A model generated the notes under the pieces. The model was not told the origin of the DNA and searched no databases. It was given only the letters and a program-made list of their open reading frames with translations. A program made the translations under genes and the position numbers. A DNA stretch of 64,000 nt from an uncultured Lachnospiraceae bacterium. GTDB lineage: Bacteria; Bacillota; Clostridia; Lachnospirales; Lachnospiraceae. Within the stretch, counting starts at the first letter, position 1. Each line of letters starts with the position of its first letter. Shown in pieces: positions 38,088 through 48,372 of the stretch. The stretch spans positions 62,509 to 126,508 of the forward strand of contig CACXEU010000007.1 in NCBI GenBank assembly GCA_902766735.1, written 5' to 3'.

Positions 38088-39533
38088 ATGAAAAACAAAA
38101 AAAGATTTTTAGCAATTATGATGGCAGTCGTTATGAGTGTTGCTACTTTTGCTTCAACACCGGCTGTAACAACACAGGCCAAGGTGAAGATTATCGTTGG
38201 AAAGAAACTAAATCTTTCCATTGGCGAATCTGAATATGTAGTAGCAAAAGGAAAAGGAGTAACCTATAAATCCAGCAATAAAAAAATTGCGACTGTAAAC
38301 AAAAAAGGTTTGGTCGTGGCAAAATCTGCTGGAAACTGTAAGATTACTGTAATGCAGGGCGGCAGCAAAGCTACTGCAAAGGTAAATGTTACACCGGCTA
38401 AGGTTAAGATTCAGTCTGTTGCAACAGTAGGTTCTTCTAGTGGAGAGAGCCTTGCACAGAAATTAACTTTAAAGGTGACCTGGAAGAAAGCAAAAAATGT
38501 TTCCGGTTATTATGTATACTATGCAACCTCAAAGAATGGAAAATATACAAAGAAAACTGTAAAGGGAGCAAAGAAAACGAGTACAACTCTTACAAATCTT
38601 GTATACGGAAACACATACTTTGTAAAAGTAAAGGCTTATGGTGGAAAAAAGAAAGTTGCCAGCAAGGAAGATTCCAAAGTTTTATCTGTAAAGACCTATA
38701 AAAAGGTATGGTCTGATGAATTTAACTACACAGATAAGAGCAAGTTATTGGATAACTGGAGTTACGAAGTAGGACATGGTGATCCATATGGCTGGGGAAA
38801 TAGGGAATTAGAGCACTATACTGATAATGGAGAAAATGTGTCATTAAATGGTAGCGCATTAGTTATCCAGCCTAAGAAAGAAACCATTCAGTGCGGTGGA
38901 AAATCAGTTACAGAATATACATCTGCCAGAATGATTTCCAGAGGAAACCGAGAATTTCAGTACGGAAAAATCGAATTCCGCGCACAGCTTCCATCAGCAC
39001 AGGGTACATGGGCTGCATTATGGATGTTAGGAAACTTTAAGGATGATAAAGGAAACACGGTTGGATGGCCGGATTGTGGAGAAATTGATATTATGGAAAC
39101 ATTGTCGAATACAAAAACCGGTTTATTCCAGTTAGACAAGATTCCTCAGACAATTCATTGTAGAAAATATAATGGAATGTCATCCAGTTCAGGACCAAAG
39201 CATCATGATTCCATCGTTAAGGGGTCTACCACCGGATATCATACATATGGTATTGAGTGGAACGAAAAACAGATTGATTTTTATATTGACGGAAAGAAGA
39301 CATGGACTTACTCTCCAAGTCAGTACGTGACAAAGGGAGATGGAACAGACGATCCTCAGAAGTGGCCGTATAAGCATAATTTCTACCTTCTTATGAATGT
39401 TGCCATTGGCGGAACCTTGGGTGGTGGAATTATTGAAGAGGACGGAAGTATCAAAAAACATGTTGTTTATGATAATGAAGTTACCGGCGTGAAAGGTCAG
39501 ATGAAAGTCGACTATGTCAGAGTATATCAGTAA
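38088..39533 (+). CDS. Secreted GH16 endo-beta-glucanase (laminarinase-like) with Big_2 and lysine-rich FN3-like modules
   Basis: Start at MKNKKRFLAIMMAVV (RBS aaggagag). Big_2-like YKSSNKKIATVNKKGLVVAKSAGNCKITV. FN3-like VTWKKAKNVSGYYVYYATSKNGKY...YFVKVKAYG. GH16 catalytic motif GEIDIME (ExDxxE). Confidence 0.85.
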   Translation: MKNKKRFLAIMMAVVMSVATFASTPAVTTQAKVKIIVGKKLNLSIGESEYVVAKGKGVTYKSSNKKIATVNKKGLVVAKSAGNCKITVMQGGSKATAKVNVTPAKVKIQSVATVGSSSGESLAQKLTLKVTWKKAKNVSGYYVYYATSKNGKYTKKTVKGAKKTSTTLTNLVYGNTYFVKVKAYGGKKKVASKEDSKVLSVKTYKKVWSDEFNYTDKSKLLDNWSYEVGHGDPYGWGNRELEHYTDNGENVSLNGSALVIQPKKETIQCGGKSVTEYTSARMISRGNREFQYGKIEFRAQLPSAQGTWAALWMLGNFKDDKGNTVGWPDCGEIDIMETLSNTKTGLFQLDKIPQTIHCRKYNGMSSSSGPKHHDSIVKGSTTGYHTYGIEWNEKQIDFYIDGKKTWTYSPSQYVTKGDGTDDPQKWPYKHNFYLLMNVAIGGTLGGGIIEEDGSIKKHVVYDNEVTGVKGQMKVDYVRVYQ

Positions 39534-39652
39534 AATCAACCTGCTACTTTTCATTTAAAAGAACGGACGGAATTATTGAGGCCTACCTAGATTAAATGTT
39601 CATTGATTACGTTGTAATATACGAATAAATCAAATTTTCAAAGGAGGATTCA

Positions 39653-41038
39653 ATGAAAAAAATGAAGAAAGTAATGTCTGCTGTATTAGTAGTGGCAATG
39701 GTTGTTGTTATGTTTGCTGCTACACCGGCTGTTACAGCACAGGCAAAAGTAAAAATTCTTGCCGGAAAAAAATTGACCCTTGCGGTAGGTGATTCAGATT
39801 ACGTATTAGTAAAGGGAAAAGCTACTTACAAAACAAGCAATAAGAAAATTGCGACTGTTTCTAAAAAAGGTGAAGTAAAAGCGAAAGCGGTAGGAACCTG
39901 TAAAATTACAGTAACTCAGAATGGAAGTAAAGCGACAGCTAAAATCACTGTTGTACCTGCAAAGGTTTCTCTCAAGTCTGTAGTTGTATCAGGAAAGAAC
40001 AGCGCAGAAACACTTGCATCTAAGGCAACCATTTTGGCAACATGGAAGAAGGCAAAAGGTGCTTCCGGTTACTACGTATACTATTCCACATCAAAAACAG
40101 GAAAGTATACAAAGAAGACTGTAAAGGGAGCAAAGAAAACAAGTCTTTCCATTAGTGGCCTTGCATATGGAAAAACCTATTTCGTAAAGGTAAAAGCTTT
40201 TGGCGGAAAGAAGAAAACTGCAAGTACGGCTTATTCAAAAGTTCTTTCAGCAAAGACGTATTTAATGAAGTGGAATGATGAATTTAGCGGAACCGCAATT
40301 GATTCCACAAAGTGGCATACAGAAGGAGCTACAGGTGCAGGCGGTTACGGAAATAAGGAATTACAGAATTATCAGCCAGAGTATGCAAAAGTTGAAAATG
40401 GTAGTCTTGTAATTATGCCGGAATTTAAGTGGAACAAAGCTACAGGCACTGCAGTAAAAGATTCCTATTACTCAACAAAACTTTGGACAAGAGGAAAACA
40501 TTCTTTCAAATATGGTAAGTTTGAATTCCGTGCAAAACTTCCAAAAGGACAGGGAACATGGGCTGCATGTTGGATGTTAGGTAATAACAACTCATGGCCA
40601 ACATGTGGTGAAATCGACGTATTAGAAACTACATCGCAGTTAGCAAAGACAAAGATTCCACAGACCATTCATTGTGAAAAATATAATGGAATGGGAACAA
40701 GTTCAGGTCCAAAACATTATGACACAATTGTTCCGACTGCTACATCAGCATTCCATACTTATGGTATCGAGTGGACAGAAAGCAAGATTGATTTCTACAT
40801 TGATGGAAAGAAGACCGGAACATATGATCCGAACAATTATGACTTGAATAACAAAGGAACATCAAGAAATGATATCTGGCCGTACAAACAGCCGTTCTAT
40901 TTAATTATTAACTGTGCAATCGGTGGAACATTGGGAGGAAATCCTGGAACAGCTTACTGGACAAAGATTGCTACGAACGGAAATATTGAAACATATCAGG
41001 ATTATATGTATGTTGATTATGTAAGAGTATATCAGTAA
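39653..41038 (+). CDS. Secreted GH16 endo-beta-glucanase paralogue (Big_2 + FN3-like + GH16)
   Basis: Same architecture as the upstream gene. GH16 motif GEIDVLE. RBS aaaggagga. Confidence 0.85.
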   Translation: MKKMKKVMSAVLVVAMVVVMFAATPAVTAQAKVKILAGKKLTLAVGDSDYVLVKGKATYKTSNKKIATVSKKGEVKAKAVGTCKITVTQNGSKATAKITVVPAKVSLKSVVVSGKNSAETLASKATILATWKKAKGASGYYVYYSTSKTGKYTKKTVKGAKKTSLSISGLAYGKTYFVKVKAFGGKKKTASTAYSKVLSAKTYLMKWNDEFSGTAIDSTKWHTEGATGAGGYGNKELQNYQPEYAKVENGSLVIMPEFKWNKATGTAVKDSYYSTKLWTRGKHSFKYGKFEFRAKLPKGQGTWAACWMLGNNNSWPTCGEIDVLETTSQLAKTKIPQTIHCEKYNGMGTSSGPKHYDTIVPTATSAFHTYGIEWTESKIDFYIDGKKTGTYDPNNYDLNNKGTSRNDIWPYKQPFYLIINCAIGGTLGGNPGTAYWTKIATNGNIETYQDYMYVDYVRVYQ

Positions 41039-41060
41039 AGATTATTATCAGTTGTGCTTT

Positions 41061-41082
41061 AGGCGGGGCACAGTCCCCGCCT
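41061..41082 (+). other. GC-rich stem-loop after the second GH16 gene (weak terminator, no U-tract)
   Basis: aggcgggg (41061-41068) / ccccgcct (41075-41082) with a 6-nt loop. Confidence 0.4.
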
Positions 41083-41101
41083 TAAACATAAGGAGGAAAC
41101 T

Positions 41102-42106
41102 ATGGTTACAATTAAAGACGTTGCTCGCGAAGCAGACGTGGCCATTTCTACAGTATCCAATGTATTTAACAATGCGGATATTGTTAGTGAAGAAACAAAG
41201 CAGAGAGTATTGGCTGCAGTAGAAAAACTGCATTATATTCCAAATATGAATGCCAAACTTCTCAAATCAAACAGAAAGAATACCATCGGGGTATTTCTTA
41301 CCAGTTTGCAGGGGGATTTTTATCGTGTATTGACACAGGCAATACATCTGCAGTGTAAATTAAATAATTATTTATTGAATATTTACGTGAGTAATGATAA
41401 TTCACCGGATGAGATTTATCGAATGATTATTGCATCCGGAGTTGCTGGAGCAATTATTTACCATGAAGATTTAACAGGGGATTATGTTAAGAGAATTGCA
41501 ACTGTTAATATTCCAATGGTATTCATCGATAGAGACAGCAAGGGGAAAAACGTATCCGGCGTTTTGTCCGACGACAAACTAGGAGCCTCCATGGCAGTTG
41601 ACCATCTAATTAAATTAGGACATAAAAGAATCGGATATATGCATGGAAATGAATCCGGTGATGATACCCATCGTTATCAGGGGTATGTTGAAATGATGCA
41701 GAAGAACGGACTACCAATTGATGAAGACATCATTTTAAGAGGCTATTATGAGGAATCATTAGCTTATAGTGAAATGCGTTCTATGCTTTCCAGTGGAGTG
41801 GAACTTCCTGATGCAATGTTCTGTGCCAATGATGAAATGGCTTGGGGAACAATTCAGGCGTTACAGGATGTTGGAATTAAAGTACCGGAAGACGTGAGCG
41901 TTATCGGATATGATGACAGTCTTCTTAGTAAATATTATAGTGTGCCTTTAACAACGGTGCACAGCCCAATTACAGAAATGGGTAATGCCAGTGCAACGGA
42001 ATTATTCCGTTTGCTACACGATGAAGGTGATAAATCCGGAACAGTTACGAAGTTATCACCGAAAATGGTGTATAGAAGTTCTTGTGGAAAACACAAGGAA
42101 AAATAA
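41102..42106 (+). CDS. LacI-family transcriptional regulator
   Basis: N-terminal HTH VTIKDVAREADVAISTVSNVFNN plus a periplasmic-binding-fold sugar-sensor domain. RBS aaggagga. Confidence 0.9.
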   Translation: MVTIKDVAREADVAISTVSNVFNNADIVSEETKQRVLAAVEKLHYIPNMNAKLLKSNRKNTIGVFLTSLQGDFYRVLTQAIHLQCKLNNYLLNIYVSNDNSPDEIYRMIIASGVAGAIIYHEDLTGDYVKRIATVNIPMVFIDRDSKGKNVSGVLSDDKLGASMAVDHLIKLGHKRIGYMHGNESGDDTHRYQGYVEMMQKNGLPIDEDIILRGYYEESLAYSEMRSMLSSGVELPDAMFCANDEMAWGTIQALQDVGIKVPEDVSVIGYDDSLLSKYYSVPLTTVHSPITEMGNASATELFRLLHDEGDKSGTVTKLSPKMVYRSSCGKHKEK

Positions 42107-42168
42107 GTTAAAGAATGCTTTTGCATTTAAATAAATTTAATACAAATAACATTCACAAGGAGATTATT

Positions 42169-45100
42169 ATGGAGAATTACAGACTTGAAGGAAAAACTTT
42201 TGTCATTGATGATTATGACAGAAAGCCAGCTTTTTCCAGTTTCTTACCGGGTCTTGCAGGAGTAAAGGGAATTCCAATGTGGACATTCTATACCAACAGA
42301 GGTCAGGGAATGAACAGTTTCGGTATTGACAACAAAGGCAATGCCATTATGGAATTTAATTCAGCAAATACCGCATTTGAAAATACACAGGTAAAGGGAT
42401 TCAGAACTTTCCTGAAAATTGATGGGGAATATTATGAACCATTCTTCAAATATGAAGCTGAAGCAAAACGTCAGATTCGTATGAACAAGAATAGTTTCAA
42501 GATTATTGAAACAAATGAAAAATACGGTATTGAAGTAACAGTAAACTACTTTATTTTACCAAATGAAAGCATTGGTGCTTTAGTAAGACAGGTATCTGTT
42601 AAGAATATTGGAGACGCTGCGAAGGATGTTGAAATCATTGACGGTCTTCCAAAAATCATTACATACGGAATTTCTAACGGAGAATTTAAGGAAATGTCTA
42701 ACTTGTTCAAGAGTTGGGCATACATCAAGAACATTGATAATAAGGTTCCTTATTATACACTTCGTGCTTCAACAAAGGATTCCGCAGAAGTTTCTGATGT
42801 AGAAGGTGGTTACTACTATCTTACTATTAAGGATGGAAAACTTCAGGATGTAATCTATGATGTAGATACTGTATATGGATATGATTTATCCTTAATGACA
42901 CCGGTTAACTTCATTGAAGGATCTGTTGACGGGGTTCTTGCTAAGAAGCAGTGCTTTGCAAATAAGGTTCCTTGTGGATTTACACCATTTAAGACAACAA
43001 TTGCTGCAGGAGAAGCATTCTCATTCGATTCTATGATGGGATTTGCAGGTTCTGTAGAACAGATTAATGCAAAGATCGACACATTTTGTGGTAAGGATTA
43101 TCTTGCAAACAAGTTTGTGGAAGCAGAAGAATTAGCTGACAGCTTTACATCAGATGTAAAGACTCATACATCAGCAGGAAAATTCGATCAGTATATCGAA
43201 CAGTGTTACTTAGATAACTTCCTTCGTGGTGGTTATCCATATGTATTAAATAAAGATGGCAATAAGTCAATCATTCACTTATTCAGCCGTAAGCATGGAG
43301 ATCCGGAAAGAGATTATAACTTCTTCTCTATCGCTGCTGAATATTATTCACAGGGTAACGGAAACTTCCGTGATGTTTCTCAGAATAGAAGAAACGACGT
43401 ATTCTTCAATAAAGATGTTGGGGAATTCAATGTAAAGACATTCTTTAGTTTGGTTCAGGCAGATGGTTATAATCCATTGGAAGTACGCCCAAGCCTGTTC
43501 AATGTTAAAGAAGGATTACAGGATGAAGTAAATGCATATGTTAAGGAAAGCATTGATGGCGATTCATCTGCAATCGTGAAATTAGTGGAAGGTAAATTTA
43601 CACCGGGACAGATTTCCAATACCATTGCAAAACTTCAGTTAAAGTTAAAATTAGATGATGGCGATTTCATTGCCGCAATCTTGGAAAAATGTGATCAGAA
43701 TATCGAAGCCGGATTCGGTGAAGGATACTGGAGTGATCACTGGGATTATAATATGGACTTAGTAGATAACTACTTGTCTATTTTCCCTGATAAGGTAGAA
43801 GACTTATTATTCAATGACAAGTCATACAAGTTCTATGACAGTGTTGCAACGGTTGTACCAAGAAGCGAAAAGTACGTGATCAACAAGAAGGGTGCAGTTC
43901 GTCAGTACGGTATGGAAGTTGAATCTGCAGAAAAGCTTGCAAGACCTGGATTTAATAAGTGGGCTACAAACTGGTTAAAAACACCGGATGAAAAAATCTA
44001 TGAAACAACATTAGCTGTAAAGGTGGTTACTTTAGCATTAAGTAAGTTCGCACAGCTTGACGTTGATGGAATCGGTGTTGAAATGGAAGGTGGAAAGCCG
44101 GGATGGAATGATGCCATGAATGGACTTCCTGGATTATTCGGTTCAGGAACGCCGGAAACATTCGAGTTAAAGAGATTAGTAAACTTTATCGTAGAAAACT
44201 TTGATGGAGAAGGCGACGTAGTAATGCCTGCTGAAATTGCACAGTACTTAGAAGATGTAAAGGCTGCGTTAGATGCATACAATGCAGGAAACTTAAACGA
44301 CTTCGAATACTGGGATAAGGTTGCTACTATCAGAGAAGAATACAGAGCATCTGTAGTAACATACTTCAGTGGAAAAGAAACAGCAGTATCAAGAGCACAG
44401 ATTGTAGAAGTATTCAAAGCCTTTGAAGAAAAAATATCAAAGGGTATTGCAAAGGCAATCGAGCTTGGAAACGGAATTGTACCTACATACTTAACACATG
44501 AAGTTACAGATTTCGAGCCGGTTGTTGACGCAGAAGGAAATGCAGTAATCAGTCATTACGGACTTCCAAAGGCAAAGGTTAAAGCATTCAAGACTGTTCC
44601 ATTGCCATACTTCTTAGAAGGACCTGCAAGAATGATGGGTTACGAAGATGTTGAAACAGCAAGAACTCTTTATAATAAAGTAAAGGAAACTGACCTTTAT
44701 GATCAGAAACTTGCAATGTATAAGACATCTGCATCCATTGAAGACTGCTCTATGGAAAATGGACGTTGTCGTGCATTTACACCGGGATGGCAGGAAAGAG
44801 AAAACGTATTCCTTCATATGGAATATAAGTACATCCTTGCTATGATTAAGGCAGGACTTTATGATGAATATTATGAAACAATCACAAGAGCGTTAATTCC
44901 GTTCTTGGATCCAAATATGTATGGTAGAAGTACATTAGAAAATTCATCATTCCTTGCATCCAGTGTGAATCCAAACGAAGATATTCATGGTAGAGGATTT
45001 GTTGCAAGACTTTCCGGCTCTACAACAGAAATGATTTCTATGTGGATTGAAATGTTCATGGGTGGTAAGGTGTTTACTTACGAAAATGGAGAATTAGTTC

Positions 45101-45348
45101 TGAACTTCACACCAAAGCTTGCTAACTGGCTCTTTGACGAAGGAAAGGCTACTTTCAGACTTCTTTCAAATTGTGATATTACATATGTAAATAACACAGG
45201 AAAGAACACATACGGAGATGATGCTGCAAAGGTTTCCAAGGTTGAAATCAATGGCGAAGTGGTTTCTACAGAAGCTAAGATTACAGGAAAACTTGCAGAA
45301 GACGTTCGTGATGGAAAAGTAAATGCAATCACTGTGTACTTCGAATAA
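42169..45348 (+). CDS. Large cytoplasmic GH94-clan phosphorylase-like protein, candidate beta-1,3-glucan/oligosaccharide phosphorylase (GH149/GH161-like)
   Basis: Start at MENYRLEGKTF (RBS caaggag). 1059 aa with no signal peptide. GNFRDVSQNRRND parallels the GH94 RGWRDLWQD motif, and GGKPGWNDAMNGLPG parallels the GH94 DWND catalytic region. The sub-family assignment is inference. Confidence 0.6.
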   Translation: MENYRLEGKTFVIDDYDRKPAFSSFLPGLAGVKGIPMWTFYTNRGQGMNSFGIDNKGNAIMEFNSANTAFENTQVKGFRTFLKIDGEYYEPFFKYEAEAKRQIRMNKNSFKIIETNEKYGIEVTVNYFILPNESIGALVRQVSVKNIGDAAKDVEIIDGLPKIITYGISNGEFKEMSNLFKSWAYIKNIDNKVPYYTLRASTKDSAEVSDVEGGYYYLTIKDGKLQDVIYDVDTVYGYDLSLMTPVNFIEGSVDGVLAKKQCFANKVPCGFTPFKTTIAAGEAFSFDSMMGFAGSVEQINAKIDTFCGKDYLANKFVEAEELADSFTSDVKTHTSAGKFDQYIEQCYLDNFLRGGYPYVLNKDGNKSIIHLFSRKHGDPERDYNFFSIAAEYYSQGNGNFRDVSQNRRNDVFFNKDVGEFNVKTFFSLVQADGYNPLEVRPSLFNVKEGLQDEVNAYVKESIDGDSSAIVKLVEGKFTPGQISNTIAKLQLKLKLDDGDFIAAILEKCDQNIEAGFGEGYWSDHWDYNMDLVDNYLSIFPDKVEDLLFNDKSYKFYDSVATVVPRSEKYVINKKGAVRQYGMEVESAEKLARPGFNKWATNWLKTPDEKIYETTLAVKVVTLALSKFAQLDVDGIGVEMEGGKPGWNDAMNGLPGLFGSGTPETFELKRLVNFIVENFDGEGDVVMPAEIAQYLEDVKAALDAYNAGNLNDFEYWDKVATIREEYRASVVTYFSGKETAVSRAQIVEVFKAFEEKISKGIAKAIELGNGIVPTYLTHEVTDFEPVVDAEGNAVISHYGLPKAKVKAFKTVPLPYFLEGPARMMGYEDVETARTLYNKVKETDLYDQKLAMYKTSASIEDCSMENGRCRAFTPGWQERENVFLHMEYKYILAMIKAGLYDEYYETITRALIPFLDPNMYGRSTLENSSFLASSVNPNEDIHGRGFVARLSGSTTEMISMWIEMFMGGKVFTYENGELVLNFTPKLANWLFDEGKATFRLLSNCDITYVNNTGKNTYGDDAAKVSKVEINGEVVSTEAKITGKLAEDVRDGKVNAITVYFE

Positions 45349-45373
45349 TTAAATATCGAACTTATATGCAAAT

Positions 45374-45543
45374 GGGCAGCTCACATATCTTTTGAAACAA
45401 GTTGCAATTCTACCCGAGCTGCGCCGCCTATTAACAGGCGCTCTCGCAAACTCGCTACGCTCAAACAGTGCTTCGCACCTGTAGCAATGCTCGCTCGGCT
45501 AACGAATTGCTGCCTATGTTTTCAAAAGTTATGTGAGCTGCCC
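45374..45543. repeat. ~170-bp imperfect long inverted repeat (structured intergenic element, probably also a terminator)
   Basis: Left arm gggcagctcacatatcttttgaaacaagttgcaattc (45374-45410) pairs with right arm gaattgctgcctatgttttcaaaagttatgtgagctgccc (45504-45543). The interior holds further short hairpins (cgcct...aggcg, ccgagc...gctcgg). Followed by ttttata. Confidence 0.75.
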
Positions 45544-45625
45544 TTTTATATGGTTCGATAATTATTTTTTGCAATATATAGATTGATTCATTGACATATC
45601 AATGTAAATTATTTAGGAGAAAAAA

Positions 45626-48322
45626 ATGAGCGATTTAAAATATTTAGACAATAAAGGAACGTTCACATTGGACAATCCGGATTTGACCAGTTATATGTAT
45701 TTTCCGCTTTGCAATGAAGCTGGAATGATGAGTTCCATCACACCGGATTTAGGTGGAGATATCAAACTGGATCAGAATACTTTCTTATTGGAACCGGTTA
45801 GTGCTGAAAATCTTCACAATAACAAATCCAGCAGAAATTTCTGGGTTTATGTGGAAGGAAAAGGTGCATGGTCTGCCACAGGCCGTTCTGCAAAGCAGCA
45901 GGCACAGCTTTTTGATGAAAAGAAAGAACAGGTCAAACTGACTGCAGGAATTGCATGGCATCAGGTGGAAAGAGAATCAGAAGAGTTTGGATTAAAAGCA
46001 GTGCTTACTTCTTTTGTACCAAACACAGAAGATAAAGTAGAATTAACAAAAGTAGAAATCACTAATACATCCGGGGAAACACAGAAGATTACATCGACTG
46101 TGGCGATTCCAATGTATGCACGTTCTGCAACAAATATCAGAGATCACAGACATGTAACATCTCTGCTTCACAGAACATACACTGTGAAAAACGGAATCAT
46201 GATTTTCCCGACACTGACTTTTGATGAAAGAGGACATAACAAAAATACTGTTTACTATAGTGCTTTGGCAAAAGAAGATGTAAATGGTGAAATGACTTCA
46301 CCGGTAAGCTTCTGTCCGGTTACGGAAGAATTTATCGGAGATGGTGGAAACTTCGAAAATCCATATTATGTCATGAAGAATGAACCATTGCCATATGTGG
46401 CAGGACAGCAGGTGGATGGTTATGAAACGGTTGCTGCAATTCGTTTTGCAACTGGTGACATTGCTCCGGGTGAAACGAAGACATACATCGTGGCACTGGG
46501 CTATGGAAATTCTGAAGCGGACATTACAGAAATCAGTAAGAAATACTTAATCACAAAACATTTTGATCGATTATTAGAAGAAACAAAGAATTACTGGCAG
46601 GACAAAATCAATGTGAGCTATTCTTCTGCGGACACAGATTTTGATAATTGGATGCATTGGGTAAATTATCAGCCAATGCTTCGCCGTATTTACGGATGTT
46701 CCTTCCTTCCACATCATGACTATGGAAAAGGTGGTCGTGGATGGAGAGATTTATGGCAGGATTGTTTGGCACTTCTCATTATGGAACCGGAACAGGTTCG
46801 TCAGATGTTGATCGACAACTTTGGCGGGGTTCGTTTCGACGGAACCAATGCGACAATTATCGGAGCAAAGCAGGGTGAATTTATTGCCGATAGAAACAAT
46901 ATTACCCGTGTTTGGATGGACCATGGTGCATGGCCATATCTGACTACAGAATTATACATCCAGCAGACCGGTGATATTGAATTCCTTACAGAAGAAAATA
47001 CATATTTTAAAGATATTCAGGTTTGCCGTGGAGAAGGCAAGGACTGGGAATGGAAAGATGCTCAGGGAAATCAGCAGTTAACAGCGGAAATGTCATCTTA
47101 TTCCGGAACAGTTTTGGAACATATGCTCATTCAGCATTTGACAGCCTTCTATGACGTGGGAGAACATAACCACATCAAGATTCGTGGTGCTGACTGGAAT
47201 GATGCTTTGGATATGGCAGATGAGCGAGGAGAAAGTGTAGCATTTACAGCACTTTATGGTGGAAACTTAAGAGACCTTGCAAAGGACATTCTGGCATATC
47301 AGGAAAAGACAGGAAAAGATACCGTTGTTTTAGCAAAAGAATTATTGATTCTTTTAGATGCAGATGCATCCATTTATGATAGCATTGGTGAAAAGAATGC
47401 TGTACTGAGTGAATATTGCGAAATAGTAAAACATACGATTAGCGGAGAAAAAGTGGAAGTATCCTGCGTAGACCTTGCAAAGACATTAACAGGCATGTCT
47501 GAATGGATTGCAGAACATATTCGTGCAACAGAATGGACCGGTGATAAGGCTGGAAACTTCTGGTTCAACGGATATTATGACAACAGCGGAAAGGCAGTCG
47601 AAGGAGACTTCGAAACCGGAGCAAGAATGATGCTTACCAGCCAGGTGTTTACCGTTATGGCTGGAACAGCTACCGATGCTCAGATTGAAAGCATTGTGAA
47701 GGCAGCTGATAAGTATCTTTATGATGAGGCAATTGGAGGGTACCGTCTGAATACTGATTTCAAGGAAGTGAAAGCAGACTTAGGAAGAGCCTTCGGTTTC
47801 GCTTTTGGTCATAAGGAAAACGGTGCAGTCTTCTGTCATATGGCTACGATGTACGCTAACGCATTATATAGCAGAGGATATGCAAAAGAAGGATATAAGG
47901 TAATCAATACATTATATAAGCATTGTAATGACTACCATAAGAGTAACATCTATCCGGGTGTTCCGGAATATGTCAGCCAGCGTGGACGTGGAATGTATCA
48001 CTATCTGACAGGGGCTGCCAGCTGGTTACTGCTTACCGTATTAAATCAGATGTACGGTATTCAGGGAAGTCTCGGCGCATTGACCTTTAAGCCACAGCTT
48101 TTGGCAGAACAGTTTGAAGATGGAAAGGCATCCGCACAGTGCATGTTCCGTGGCGTAAAAATCAATGTGACTTATGTCAATGACGAAGGCGTGGAAGCCG
48201 GAATCTATAAAGTGAAGGAAATCTACATTGATGGTCAGAAATATTCTGACGGAGATACCATCACAAAGGCAGACGTTGATAAGTTAGGCGATGAAGCAGA
48301 CATTCGTGTCGTACTGGGATAA
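45626..48322 (+). CDS. GH94-family disaccharide/oligosaccharide phosphorylase (cellobiose/laminaribiose phosphorylase-like)
   Basis: 898 aa, cytoplasmic. GGRGWRDLWQDCLAL and RGADWNDALDM motifs as I recall for GH94. RBS aggagaaa. Confidence 0.75.
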   Translation: MSDLKYLDNKGTFTLDNPDLTSYMYFPLCNEAGMMSSITPDLGGDIKLDQNTFLLEPVSAENLHNNKSSRNFWVYVEGKGAWSATGRSAKQQAQLFDEKKEQVKLTAGIAWHQVERESEEFGLKAVLTSFVPNTEDKVELTKVEITNTSGETQKITSTVAIPMYARSATNIRDHRHVTSLLHRTYTVKNGIMIFPTLTFDERGHNKNTVYYSALAKEDVNGEMTSPVSFCPVTEEFIGDGGNFENPYYVMKNEPLPYVAGQQVDGYETVAAIRFATGDIAPGETKTYIVALGYGNSEADITEISKKYLITKHFDRLLEETKNYWQDKINVSYSSADTDFDNWMHWVNYQPMLRRIYGCSFLPHHDYGKGGRGWRDLWQDCLALLIMEPEQVRQMLIDNFGGVRFDGTNATIIGAKQGEFIADRNNITRVWMDHGAWPYLTTELYIQQTGDIEFLTEENTYFKDIQVCRGEGKDWEWKDAQGNQQLTAEMSSYSGTVLEHMLIQHLTAFYDVGEHNHIKIRGADWNDALDMADERGESVAFTALYGGNLRDLAKDILAYQEKTGKDTVVLAKELLILLDADASIYDSIGEKNAVLSEYCEIVKHTISGEKVEVSCVDLAKTLTGMSEWIAEHIRATEWTGDKAGNFWFNGYYDNSGKAVEGDFETGARMMLTSQVFTVMAGTATDAQIESIVKAADKYLYDEAIGGYRLNTDFKEVKADLGRAFGFAFGHKENGAVFCHMATMYANALYSRGYAKEGYKVINTLYKHCNDYHKSNIYPGVPEYVSQRGRGMYHYLTGAASWLLLTVLNQMYGIQGSLGALTFKPQLLAEQFEDGKASAQCMFRGVKINVTYVNDEGVEAGIYKVKEIYIDGQKYSDGDTITKADVDKLGDEADIRVVLG

Positions 48323-48328
48323 CAATCA

Positions 48329-48356
48329 AGCCGGAGCGAAAAACTCCGGCTTTTTA
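48329..48356 (+). terminator. Rho-independent terminator after the GH94 gene
   Basis: agccggag (48329-48336) / ctccggct (48344-48351) plus ttttt. Confidence 0.7.
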
Positions 48357-48372
48357 AAAAAGGAGAATAAAG

